Origin: an uncultured Actinomycetota bacterium
GTDB lineage: Bacteria; Actinomycetota; Actinomycetes; Propionibacteriales; Nocardioidaceae
Direction of reading: 5' to 3'
DNA length: 64,000 bases
Assembly (NCBI GenBank): GCA_963815825.1
Contig: CAWFII010000016.1
Coordinates: forward strand, 14,932-78,931
Of this stretch, positions 38,913 through 50,642 are shown piece after piece (position 1 is the stretch's first letter; each line of letters opens with the position of its first letter). The translations under genes and the position numbers were made by a program. The notes under the pieces were generated by a model. That model made no database searches and was not told the origin of the DNA. It worked only from the letters and a program-made list of their open reading frames with translations.

Positions 38913-39599
38913 CTACCCGCTCTTCGGAATCGTCTTGACCAGGTGTCCGAACGCGATCATCCGCTCGTCGGTGTGGAAGATCTCCGAGCACGTCGTGAGG
39001 GTGATCAGCCGCTGGCCCCGCTCCTGGGCCGGCTCGACGCCGCCCGGCTGCGGGTTGTCCGGCACCGCGTCGAGCACCCAGACACCGGTGAACGGGATCA
39101 CCAGACGGTTGGGGTTCGTGTCCACGCGGTAGACGTAGCTCGCGTCCACCGTCTCGACGAAGACCGTGTCACCCGGTCGCAGCTCCGGCATCCGTTTGAG
39201 CGGCTCCCCGTGGGTGACCCGGTGGGCGGCCAACGCGAAGTTGCCGACCTGCCCCGGGTCGGCCGTGGAGGGGAAGTGCCCGAAACCCTTGGCCAGCACG
39301 TCCGTCGTGACTCCCTCGAGGACCGGGACCACGTAGTTCTTGCCGAACCTGGGGACGCGGATGAGCGCCGATGCCTTCCCCTTCGGCACGTAGGCGGGCT
39401 TCAGCCGCTGCAGCCTGGTGCCCTTCTCGGTCCACTGCGCCCGGAGCTCCTTCGTCACGGTGGCCTGGTGGTTCTGCGAGACGTAGTTGGTCCCCCAGAA
39501 CTGCCAGGCGACCCAACCGATCATCGCCAGACCGCCCAGCATCATCGTCACGCCGACCCACTGGGTCACGCGGCGACCGGCGGTTCGGACAGAGGGCAC
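38913..39599 (-). CDS. Class E sortase
   Basis: N-terminal TM, PGQVGNFALAAHR, catalytic LITLTTCS followed by R. Start placed at GTG 39599 behind AATACT. Confidence 0.88.
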   Translation of the reverse strand: MPSVRTAGRRVTQWVGVTMMLGGLAMIGWVAWQFWGTNYVSQNHQATVTKELRAQWTEKGTRLQRLKPAYVPKGKASALIRVPRFGKNYVVPVLEGVTTDVLAKGFGHFPSTADPGQVGNFALAAHRVTHGEPLKRMPELRPGDTVFVETVDASYVYRVDTNPNRLVIPFTGVWVLDAVPDNPQPGGVEPAQERGQRLITLTTCSEIFHTDERMIAFGHLVKTIPKSG

Positions 39600-39672
39600 C
39601 GGACCAGTATTCCGGACAGGCGGTCGGCGTCGGCGCGGACCTGCAGAACACGCGACCGCTAAGTTCGGTCGG

Positions 39673-40851
39673 GTGAGGGCACAGCGAACCAGCAAGGCGG
39701 CCGGGCGGCTGCACGGCGTGCGCAGCACGATCTTCGCGGAGATGTCGGCGCTCGCCGTCCGCACCGGGTCGGTCAACCTCGGTCAGGGCTTTCCCGACCG
39801 GGACGGACCTGCATCGGTGGTCGAGACGGCGTACGCCGCCATGAAGGCCGGCCGCAACCAGTACCCACCCGGGCACGGTTCACCTGATCTCGTGGACGCC
39901 ATCCGCCGGCACCAGCAGCGCCACTACGGCCTCGAGCTGGCGCCTGACCAGGTGGTCGTGACCACCGGCGCCACCGAGGCCATCGCAGGGGCGATGCTGG
40001 GCCTGGTCGACCCCGGCGACGAGGTGGTCGTGTGTGAGCCGTACTACGACAGCTACCGGGCCATGATCCAGTTCGCGGGCGGCGTACGACGACCCGTGAC
40101 CCTGCGCGCCCCCGGCTACCGTCTCGAGGTCGCGGAGCTCGAGGCAGCGGTCACCGACCGGACGCGCCTGATCCTCCTCAACAGCCCGCACAACCCGACC
40201 GGCCGTGTGCTCGACGCAGCGGAGCTGGCCGGTGTCGCGGATGTCGCCCGGCGCCACGACCTGGTGGTGGTCACCGACGAGGTCTACGAGCACCTCACCT
40301 TCGACGGCAACGCGCACGTCCCGATCGCCACGCTCCCCGGGATGTCCGACCGGACCCTGACCATCTCCAGCTCGGGGAAGACGTTCTCCTTCACGGGGTG
40401 GAAGATCGGCTGGGCCACCGGTCCGGCCGACCTGGTGGCTGCGGTCGAGGGCGCCAAGAACTGGCTGTCGTACTCCTCGGGGGCGCCGTTCCAGCCTGCG
40501 ATCGCCCATGCGCTCGACCACGAGGAGAGCTTTCACGAGCAGCTCCGCGAGGATCTCGCCCGTCGACGCGACTACCTCTGCGAGGGCCTCGACTCCCTCG
40601 GCATGAAGGTGCACGTCCCCCAGGGCACCTACTTCGTCACCACCGACGTGTCGGCGCTCGGTCATGCCGACGGGCTGGCGTTCTGCACGGCGATGGCCGA
40701 CCGGGCACAGGTGGTGGCGATCCCGACCCAGGTGTTCTACGAGGACGGCTCACCCTGGGGCCGGCACCTGATCCGATGGGCCTTCTGCAAGGACCAGGAC
40801 GTGCTCGCCGAGGGGATCAGGAGACTGCGCGCGAGTGACCTGCGCGCCTGA
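39673..40851 (+). CDS. PLP-dependent class I/II aminotransferase (DapC/YbdL-like)
   Basis: VNLGQGFPD, NSPHNPTG, DEVYEHL, SSGKTFSFTGWKIGW. Confidence 0.92.
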   Translation: MRAQRTSKAAGRLHGVRSTIFAEMSALAVRTGSVNLGQGFPDRDGPASVVETAYAAMKAGRNQYPPGHGSPDLVDAIRRHQQRHYGLELAPDQVVVTTGATEAIAGAMLGLVDPGDEVVVCEPYYDSYRAMIQFAGGVRRPVTLRAPGYRLEVAELEAAVTDRTRLILLNSPHNPTGRVLDAAELAGVADVARRHDLVVVTDEVYEHLTFDGNAHVPIATLPGMSDRTLTISSSGKTFSFTGWKIGWATGPADLVAAVEGAKNWLSYSSGAPFQPAIAHALDHEESFHEQLREDLARRRDYLCEGLDSLGMKVHVPQGTYFVTTDVSALGHADGLAFCTAMADRAQVVAIPTQVFYEDGSPWGRHLIRWAFCKDQDVLAEGIRRLRASDLRA

Positions 40852-40863
40852 CCGGCGGACCAG

Positions 40864-42198
40864 CTACCAGACTCGCGGTGGCCCTCCGGAGGGCGGGAAC
40901 TGCCCTGCTCCCGAGCTCTGGTCCCCCGGGTTCTGGTCCCCCGGGCTCTGGTCCCCCGGGTTCTGGTGCCCCGGGTTCTGGTCCCCCGGGTAGTGGCCCC
41001 CCGGGTACTGGCCCCCTGGACCCGACGGCGGCATCGGCCTCAGGTCCCGGTGCGCGAACCAGGCCCGCGCACGCGCACTGAACAACCCGACGATCACGAG
41101 CACAGCCGCTGCCTGGTGCAGCACCCCCACCGGGAAGGTGGCGAAGCCGACCAGCAGGGTCACCGCCGAGCTCGCGGCGAGCAACCAGCGCGCCCAGTCG
41201 TGGCGGCGCCAGGTGAACCAGGCCAGCACGCAGGCGCCCAACGCCCAACCCAGGAACATCAGGCAGCCGATCCAGAGAGCCGGCAGGAGCATGTCGGGCT
41301 GGAGGTTGGACTGTTGCCACGCCGGGGTGACCACCAAGGATTCGACGACGCGGTCCTCGTTCGCCACCAGGGCGACGATCCCACCGGCGACGGCCAGCGC
41401 GACGACGCCCGAGAACACCCAGGTCAGGATGCAGGCGACCTTCACTGTCACCGGCACGACGTTGCCAGGAACCAGATCGGTGTAGGCCGGGGGGATCCAG
41501 GGACCAGGCGGGACCGTCGCGACCGGGCGTTCCCCGAAACCGCTCGTCGCCACGGGGTCGGGAGACGCGGTCGCGGTGGAGAGCTCCGAGGCCGCCGGTG
41601 CTGTCCCGTTCCCCGCCCCGGCCCTCGGTCCGGCATCAGCAGGGTCCGACTGCGGCGGCTCCTGCTCGTGGCTCCTGGTGCGGTCCTCCGGCGAGGGCAT
41701 CGACTCCTCCCAGGGACCTGGATGCGACCGCTTGGGCGGAGTGGCCGACGGGCCGACCTCACGGACCTGCCGTCCTGCGAACCAGTCGCGGGCGGGGCCG
41801 CTCCACAGCATCAGCGTGGCGGCGGCGACCAGCGCGCCCATCAGGCCGCCGGTCAACGGCGCGGTGAGCAGGATGGGGACCGCGAGGATGCTCAGAGCCA
41901 GCCGCGCCGGACGGCTCCGCTGCAGGGCGTAGATCCCGAGCACCGCCGCCGCGGCTGCGCACGCGGCGGCGACCATCAGGCCGACGCGCATCACCGCCAA
42001 CGCGTCGCCGACGCTGAGCCCGAGTCCCTCCCCGGTCGGGGAGGCGAGCATCTTGACGACCTCGTCGCGCATCTCGACCGACCGCAGGTTCGCGAAGGTG
42101 TCGAAGACGGAGAGGACGAGCAGGACCGAGCCCACGATCACGAACCCGCCGGCCATGGTCAGCTGCCGTGGGCGCGCGGATCGATCGGTGTCACTCAT
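40864..42198 (-). CDS. Conserved membrane protein (two TM clusters, Pro-rich linker, repetitive C-terminus)
   Basis: Hydrophobic N- and C-terminal bundles; PGDQN repeats. Function not recognised. Confidence 0.75.
   Translation of the reverse strand: MSDTDRSARPRQLTMAGGFVIVGSVLLVLSVFDTFANLRSVEMRDEVVKMLASPTGEGLGLSVGDALAVMRVGLMVAAACAAAAAVLGIYALQRSRPARLALSILAVPILLTAPLTGGLMGALVAAATLMLWSGPARDWFAGRQVREVGPSATPPKRSHPGPWEESMPSPEDRTRSHEQEPPQSDPADAGPRAGAGNGTAPAASELSTATASPDPVATSGFGERPVATVPPGPWIPPAYTDLVPGNVVPVTVKVACILTWVFSGVVALAVAGGIVALVANEDRVVESLVVTPAWQQSNLQPDMLLPALWIGCLMFLGWALGACVLAWFTWRRHDWARWLLAASSAVTLLVGFATFPVGVLHQAAAVLVIVGLFSARARAWFAHRDLRPMPPSGPGGQYPGGHYPGDQNPGHQNPGDQSPGDQNPGDQSSGAGQFPPSGGPPRVW
40916..41020. 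repeat. 15-nt VNTR, 7 units (consensus ytctggtcccccggg), encoding PGDQN-like repeats
   Basis: Directly visible tandem array. Confidence 0.9.
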
Positions 42199-42232
42199 GA
42201 GTCCATTGAACCAAGGGGACCGCCCGAACCGG

Positions 42233-44815
<2,583 letters not shown>

Positions 44816-44866
44816 GGTGCTCCTTCCTCCGGTGGGTGATCTCCTGTGTACCCCAACCATGCCAAA

Positions 44867-44887
44867 GTTGAGTCCATTCCCCTCAAC
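44867..44887. promoter_or_regulatory. HAIR (HspR) operator upstream of clpB
   Basis: GTTGAGT-N7-CCTCAAC versus consensus CTTGAGT-N7-ACTCAAG. Confidence 0.8.
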
Positions 44888-45032
44888 TCTGCAACCCGCC
44901 ACGGGTCTCGTGAGCCGCCACCTGGGCGATGTCGTTCACGGCGTGTTTGGACGGACGGCTGACGAAACGTGCCCATCGTCCCTAGAGTTCCCTTGTGCCT
45001 TCGTGCACGTTCGTCCTGGAGGGAGGCGAGGC

Positions 45033-45176
45033 ATGGCCACGCCACTCGCCCCCGCGCTCACGGTGTCTCACCCGGTCCCTCACCCGGCCGGCCCTCGCGG
45101 CCGTGGTCTGCCCAGCCCCACCCCGCCCCGCCCCACACTGGTGCATGTCTGCGTGCGCACGGTCGCGCACGAGTAG
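45033..45176 (+). CDS. 47-aa Pro-rich small ORF preceding the hybrid kinase
   Basis: Strong RBS GGAGGGAGG; MATPLAPALTVSHPVPHPAGPRGRGLPSPTPPRPTLVHVCVRTVAHE*; promoter-like CTGACG-N18-TAGAGT upstream. Confidence 0.45.
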   Translation: MATPLAPALTVSHPVPHPAGPRGRGLPSPTPPRPTLVHVCVRTVAHE

Positions 45177-45192
45177 CCGGAGGGGAGTCGAC

Positions 45193-46617
45193 GTGGCGGG
45201 GACCCCGGGAGCGGTGGGCAGTGCCGAGCCGATGCGCGTCCTCGTCGTCGACGACACCCCCGACCTGCGCGTGCTGATGCGGATGGCCCTGGAGCGGTCC
45301 GGAGACTTCGTGGTGGTGGCCGAGGCGGAGGACGGCAACGGCGGCGTACAGGCAGCGGCGGCCGAGCAGCCAGACGTCGTGTTCCTCGACATCGCGATGC
45401 CGGTGATGGACGGGCTGGAAGCCCTGCCGATCGTGCGTGCGGTGTGCCCCATGGCGACCATCGTGATGCTCTCCGGCTTCGGGGCTCCGGAGATGACCAG
45501 CCGGGCGATGGCGGGGGGAGCCGATGGCTACATCCAGAAGGGCCAACCGCTGAGCGCCCTGCTGTCACAGGTGCGCACCCTCGTCGCCCGGGCGGATTCC
45601 AGGCGTCGAGGGCGCGCGGCGTCCGCGACCGACGCTCCCGTTGCGGACGAGCCCGTCACGGAGGAGCCCGCTGCGGACGAGCCCGTCGCCGACCCCTTGG
45701 ATCTCGCGCCCTTCGGGTTCCTGCACGTGCGCCACGGTCGCATCGTGCGCGCCAACCGGGAGGCGTGCCGCCTCCTCAGTGGCCTCACCCGGCCGGCCGA
45801 GCTCGAGTCGGTGGCTCCGGAGCTCGCCGCTCGCCTCCTCGACCGCCCCGGACAGGAGAACCTCGAGATCGTCGAGGTCGGCGACCCGCCCCGCAGGGTG
45901 GCAGCGACGGTGCGCCACACCGGGGCCGACCACCTGGTCTACCTCCAGGCACAGTCGAGGGACGAGGCGAACCTGCTCCGGCGCGCGATCGCGACCGCCG
46001 CCCACGAGATCCGTGGCCCGGTCGGGGTGCTGATGGGGGTCGCCGAGACCCTCGGGCTGCACCGCCACGAGCTCAGCGATGCCGAGCACGAGCACATGAT
46101 GGACGTCATCGGACGACAGACCCGGGTGCTGGACAACATCACCGCCGACCTGCTCGCAGCGGGTCAGGCCCGGCACGGCAACCTCGCACTGCAGCTGGAG
46201 CGGATGGACGCGACCGCCCTGGTGCGGCTGGTCATCGACGACACGTTCGATCTCGAGCTGGTCGAGGACGGTCCGGCCCACGTGCTCACCGATCCGCTGC
46301 GGTTCCAGCAGATGCTCAGCAACCTGCTCACCAATGCCCACAAGTACGGCGCAGCGCCGTACCTGGTGCGGGTCACCTCGCAGGGAAGCCAGGTCCGCAT
46401 CGACGTCGAGGACAGCGGTTCCGGAGTGCCTGAGGCATTTCGGCGGCGGCTTTTCACCGAATACGCGCGGGCACCCGGCACCACCGCCCGCGGGACCGGT
46501 CTGGGCCTTTTCGTGGTGCGCGCACTGGCCGAGGCGCAGGGCGGCAGCGTCGGCTACTCGCCGCGCGAGCCTCACGGGTCGGTGTTCACGCTGCGACTAC
46601 CTTCGGCCGCGACCTGA
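45193..46617 (+). CDS. Cytoplasmic hybrid signalling protein: N-terminal receiver domain plus C-terminal histidine kinase
   Basis: VLVVDD, FLDIAMP, YIQKG (REC); AAHEIRGPV, LLTNAHKYG, DSGSGVP, GTGLGL (HK); no TM segment seen. Start is GTG 45193 or ATG 45232. Confidence 0.88.
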   Translation: MAGTPGAVGSAEPMRVLVVDDTPDLRVLMRMALERSGDFVVVAEAEDGNGGVQAAAAEQPDVVFLDIAMPVMDGLEALPIVRAVCPMATIVMLSGFGAPEMTSRAMAGGADGYIQKGQPLSALLSQVRTLVARADSRRRGRAASATDAPVADEPVTEEPAADEPVADPLDLAPFGFLHVRHGRIVRANREACRLLSGLTRPAELESVAPELAARLLDRPGQENLEIVEVGDPPRRVAATVRHTGADHLVYLQAQSRDEANLLRRAIATAAHEIRGPVGVLMGVAETLGLHRHELSDAEHEHMMDVIGRQTRVLDNITADLLAAGQARHGNLALQLERMDATALVRLVIDDTFDLELVEDGPAHVLTDPLRFQQMLSNLLTNAHKYGAAPYLVRVTSQGSQVRIDVEDSGSGVPEAFRRRLFTEYARAPGTTARGTGLGLFVVRALAEAQGGSVGYSPREPHGSVFTLRLPSAAT

Positions 46618-46880
46618 GCAGACCCACCAGCCACACTGCTCGTCTTGCGCCCCTTCCGACTACAGGCGTTACACAAATCGTGCATTCGACGCACTCACGT
46701 CCCGACGCCCAGGTCCACCCCTGATCTCACAAAAATCCAAAAATCTGCCCGTTCGGGCATTTGATTTGTCCGGTTATATCGGACTCGCCCGATAAAGATG
46801 ACCCGAAATGATCATCGCCCAAATGGCGGCTTGACGGATATGAATGGGGACATCCCCTGTTACTACCCTAGGAGTTACAA

Positions 46881-47021
46881 ATGAGCAGGATTCGCGTGCG
46901 CGTCACTACCGTTCTCGCCGCAGCACTGGTGTCCGTCGTCGCCATCGGCGTCGTGGCTCCCGCAGCCACGGCGGCAGCACCGCAGAAGACCCAGAAGGCG
47001 ATCCTGAAGGCGATCCTCTGA
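46881..47021 (+). CDS. 46-aa secreted peptide precursor (KAIL peptide 2)
   Basis: RBS AGGAG; MSRIRVRVTTVLAAALVSVVAIGVVAPAATAAAPQKTQKAILKAIL*; paralogue of 18693-18842. Confidence 0.85.
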   Translation: MSRIRVRVTTVLAAALVSVVAIGVVAPAATAAAPQKTQKAILKAIL

Positions 47022-47046
47022 CCCTCGGGCTCATCGGCGTTCCCGG

Positions 47047-47080
47047 CGCCCACCCGGACCTCTCGAGGTCCCGGTGGGCG
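47047..47080. terminator. 16-bp stem (1 mismatch) between the convergent KAIL peptide 2 and Abi-alpha genes
   Basis: cgcccacccggacctc-tc-gaggtcccggtgggcg. Confidence 0.6.
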
Positions 47081-47142
47081 TCGGTCTTCTCGGGGGCACC
47101 CGGGTCGCTCCTGGGGGTCGCTCCTGCGGGTCACTCCTCGGG

Positions 47143-48045
47143 TCACTCCTCGGGGATCTCGTGGAGCGGCAGCGTCGGTCCCTCGTCCGGATCCACCAGG
47201 GAGGCCCGGCAGAAACCGGCGCCGAACGGTGTCAGGTGGATGCTGCGGCGCACCACCTTGGGGAACCGCACCGAGTGCATCGCCTCGAGGACGTCGGGCT
47301 GGGCCTCGACCACCTGGTACTCCATCGGGTCCTCGAGCTGCTCGCGGGAGAACCAGATCAGACCCAGCCGGAACAGGTTGTTGAGGTAGGCCGGCACCTC
47401 GTCGAGATAGCGGCACCCCGCTCTCGCGCCGATCATCGACATGCCCGGCGCCACCAGCGCCGAGCTGACCAGCCCCACCGGCCCACCGGTGCGCACGTCG
47501 ACCGAGGGCTGGGGCCCACCGCGCAGGAGCAGCAGGAGGATGCGCGCCTCGTCCGGTGCCAGGTCGTCGAGGATCCGGGCGTACGCCGGGTGCGTCCGCT
47601 CGTCGCTCCAGACATCCCGGGAGCGCTGCAACAGGCTCTCGCCCCGCTCGCGCAACGTCGGCTCCGGCTCCTCGTGCTGCTGCGGGGTGGTGTCGGCGAG
47701 CACGACCGAGGACAGCGAGACGCTGGCATCCAGGAGCGCCTTCGGGATCGGGACCCCCGCCGAGACGGCGCGCGCCACGTCGCTGACCGTCCTGCTGGCC
47801 TCGGCGACGTCACGTGCCACTTCCTGGACCAGCTCCCCCGCGGTCTGAGGATCGGTCAGGGCGCGCACGACGAGCCTGCTCGAGCGGACGCCGGAGCCCA
47901 AGCCCCAGGCGGCCGAGCGCAGCGCCGCCGTGGCGGCGATCCGTGCCATGCCCGGCAGGGCCTCCGCCGCCTCGTCCCACAGGGCGGGGGGCGTACGGCG
48001 CGGACCTCGCCCGTTGCCTGCGTCGTCGGACCCGTCCACGTTCAT
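47143..48045 (-). CDS. Abi-alpha/DUF4393 family protein
   Basis: HPAYARILDDLAPDEARIL...YLNNLFRLGL...LTPFGAGF pattern; RBS GGAGG; overlaps the DUF445 stop. Confidence 0.75.
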   Translation of the reverse strand: MNVDGSDDAGNGRGPRRTPPALWDEAAEALPGMARIAATAALRSAAWGLGSGVRSSRLVVRALTDPQTAGELVQEVARDVAEASRTVSDVARAVSAGVPIPKALLDASVSLSSVVLADTTPQQHEEPEPTLRERGESLLQRSRDVWSDERTHPAYARILDDLAPDEARILLLLLRGGPQPSVDVRTGGPVGLVSSALVAPGMSMIGARAGCRYLDEVPAYLNNLFRLGLIWFSREQLEDPMEYQVVEAQPDVLEAMHSVRFPKVVRRSIHLTPFGAGFCRASLVDPDEGPTLPLHEIPEE

Positions 48046-49361
48046 GTCGCTCCTCCCACCCCGAAGATCGCCAGGTGCAGCATGCCACCGCCGAAGCCCA
48101 TGATCGCCCCGTGCGCGTACAGCATCCACTCATCCTCCTTGATCGCGGAGCGCATCATCTCCACGAAGTCACGGGGTGGGAGCTCCTTGGTCCGATTGGC
48201 GATCAGGGAGTAGATCTTCTCCGACTGGCGCCGGCTGAACTCGGGGTCCCGGAAGGGCGCGATGGTGCGGTCGACTGCCTCGAGGGCGACCGCCTCCCGG
48301 ATGCTGTCGAAGCGTCGGCTGCCGACCGCGATCCGCACCGCACCGCGCAGCGGACCGGCGGCGTTGTCGATCGCGGGTCGCATCGCCTCGGCCAGCATCT
48401 GCTGGGTGCGGTCGCCACGTGGCCCCTCGAGGAGGAAGTCACCGATGTTCTCGAGGGTGATGACGTCCTCGGCGATGATCTGGGCGTACACCTCGGCGGC
48501 CTCGTCCTGACGGCGCAGGAAGAGACCGTGCACCCAGATGCCGAGGATGCGCCGCGGCTCCGGCGGCTCGAAGATCAGCCACATGCCCAGCGCATTGGTC
48601 ACCCATCCCACGACCACACCGAGGACCGGCAGCAGCCACCACTGCGCGAACCAGTGGTCCACGACCGCAACGGGGACGCCGAGCGCGAACCCGAAGACGA
48701 ACCCGAACGCCACCATCAGGTTCAGCTCGCGCTGGCCGAAGTCGCGGAAGATCCGCACCACCAGGGCGGGGTTCTTCTGGAAGTGGTTGATCACCATGAT
48801 CTTCGGGTCCAGCAGCTGGTCGATGTGCTCACCGATCTCGTCCGTCACGGTGCGGACGACCCCCGGCAGCTGCGACTGGACCCTGGCGATGACCGTTGCA
48901 CGACCCCGCGCGGGAAGATCCCGCCACAGGTCCGGGGACTCGCGCCGCATGATCTTCTCGATCATCGCCGGCATCTCCGGCTCGAAGACCTGGACGATGT
49001 GCTCGGCGATCTGGTCGGGTTCGAGCTGCTGGTAGAACTCTTTCGGCGTTCCCAGCTTGGCGATCGCCTTGTCCACGGCGATGCTGCCCATCTTCGCGGC
49101 CCGGGCGGGGACGATGCCCTGCCATCCGAGGCCGCCCTGCAGGATCCCCGGCACCTCCTGGAGCTTGCGGGGCAGCACGCGGGAGAGCTGTCGCATGCCG
49201 GGGACACGGACACCACGGAAGCGCACCGGCGAGAACAGCATGACCAGTCCGGTCCAGTTGATCAGCCACCCCACGATGCCGGTGAAGACCGGCACGGAGA
49301 GCAGGTGCAGCCAGTCGACACGCTGGAAGAGCCAGTCGATCTCCAGCGGCCAGGCAGGCAT
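48042..49361 (-). CDS. DUF445 family membrane protein
   Basis: IVGWLINWTGLVMLF, WQGIVPARAAKMG, internal repeat VGWVTNALGMWLIF, EDEWMLYAHGAIMG. Confidence 0.85.
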   Translation of the reverse strand: MPAWPLEIDWLFQRVDWLHLLSVPVFTGIVGWLINWTGLVMLFSPVRFRGVRVPGMRQLSRVLPRKLQEVPGILQGGLGWQGIVPARAAKMGSIAVDKAIAKLGTPKEFYQQLEPDQIAEHIVQVFEPEMPAMIEKIMRRESPDLWRDLPARGRATVIARVQSQLPGVVRTVTDEIGEHIDQLLDPKIMVINHFQKNPALVVRIFRDFGQRELNLMVAFGFVFGFALGVPVAVVDHWFAQWWLLPVLGVVVGWVTNALGMWLIFEPPEPRRILGIWVHGLFLRRQDEAAEVYAQIIAEDVITLENIGDFLLEGPRGDRTQQMLAEAMRPAIDNAAGPLRGAVRIAVGSRRFDSIREAVALEAVDRTIAPFRDPEFSRRQSEKIYSLIANRTKELPPRDFVEMMRSAIKEDEWMLYAHGAIMGFGGGMLHLAIFGVGGAT

Positions 49362-49475
49362 CGACGCCCCTCTCTGCGGTGTCGAGAGGTTAACGGCTCT
49401 CGCTGGACGAGGTCACTCGGATCGGGAAAACCCACGGTGGTGACGATCCGGGCGAAGGGGCCGCGTTACGCAGGG

Positions 49476-50642
49476 TCAGTCGAGGCGCTCACGCATGGCC
49501 CCGACCATCCTGGAGGCCACGGCGTCCCAGGTGAAGTTCTCCCGGACCCGCTCCCGCCCTGCCCGTCCCATCTCAGCGGCAGCCTTCGTGTCGGCGAACA
49601 GGCCGTCAACTGCCGCGGCGACTGTCTCGGGGTCGAGCTCCGAGACCAAGGTGCCGGCCACGCCGTCAGAGACCAGCTCCGGCATCGAACCGGTCGTCGG
49701 GGCCACCACCGGGAGGCCGTACGCCATCGCCTCCAGGATGACGTTGGGCATCGGGTCGTATCGGGGCATGAGGACGAAGACGTTCGCCTCACGATGGAGC
49801 CGTTCCATTTCAGCGTCCCCGGCCGCGGTCGATCGGTCGACCCTGCCCACCCAGCGCAGGCCGTCCTCAGGGCCGCCCTCGGGGGCGTCCTCGGGGGGAG
49901 GTCCGACCACCGTCAGTGTCGCGTCGGGGTGCCGCTCACGCAGCAGCCGCCACGAGTCCATGATGAGCGGCAACCCCTTGCGCTCCCACTCGAACCCGAT
50001 GAACAACAGCCGAGGGGTCGACCAGTCACGGTCTACGACAGGTTCCGGGATGACGAGGTTGTTCACGCCCGTTCCGACGACCACCACCTTCGCAGGATCT
50101 TGCCCGAAGTCGGCCACGAACGAGTCGGCCAGCCACTGGCTCATGGGCATGATCAGGTCAAGGCCGTCCAGGACTGCCTGCTCGTGGCGCATCATCGCCT
50201 TCACGTGACCAGCGCTCGAATCCGCGAGGAAGACACCCGCCCGCGAGAACAGAGCGAGGTTGGAGTCGTGGAACGAGGTCCTCAGCCTCGGGCGCAGGGA
50301 CTTCGCCTGCCGCGTGAAGTCGTAGTAGGCACCGATCTGAAGCAGTGCGTCAGGCTCGGGGTCGATCCGGGCCAGGGCCCGCGACGCCAACAGCTCGGAG
50401 CGTCGGCGTACCAGTGCGCTGAACTCGTACCGCTCTCGCCAGATCCGGCGCGAGGGAGCGATGGAAGCCACCTTCGCCACCGTACGGAACGCCGGCGGCG
50501 GATCGGCGTTGACTGCCCCCAGCAGGACGTCGCGGCGCCGCAACGCGTTGAACAGGTGGGCCGAGGCGCCCGACCACGTACGGCGATCGAAGGGCGGGCC
50601 CATCACCGTGCCCAAGATGCTGAGTCGCTCGCTCACAGCCAT
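49476..50642 (-). CDS. Family 4 glycosyltransferase
   Basis: LFIGFEWERKG, ILEAMAYGLPVV, GTLV motifs of GT-B/GT4. Confidence 0.88.
   Translation of the reverse strand: MAVSERLSILGTVMGPPFDRRTWSGASAHLFNALRRRDVLLGAVNADPPPAFRTVAKVASIAPSRRIWRERYEFSALVRRRSELLASRALARIDPEPDALLQIGAYYDFTRQAKSLRPRLRTSFHDSNLALFSRAGVFLADSSAGHVKAMMRHEQAVLDGLDLIMPMSQWLADSFVADFGQDPAKVVVVGTGVNNLVIPEPVVDRDWSTPRLLFIGFEWERKGLPLIMDSWRLLRERHPDATLTVVGPPPEDAPEGGPEDGLRWVGRVDRSTAAGDAEMERLHREANVFVLMPRYDPMPNVILEAMAYGLPVVAPTTGSMPELVSDGVAGTLVSELDPETVAAAVDGLFADTKAAAEMGRAGRERVRENFTWDAVASRMVGAMRERLD

Noticed and set aside
40916-41020. Tandem arrays considered as possible CRISPR
   Set aside because: Repeats are contiguous, in-frame, 15-nt coding units without unique 25-45-nt spacers; no cas genes in the window.
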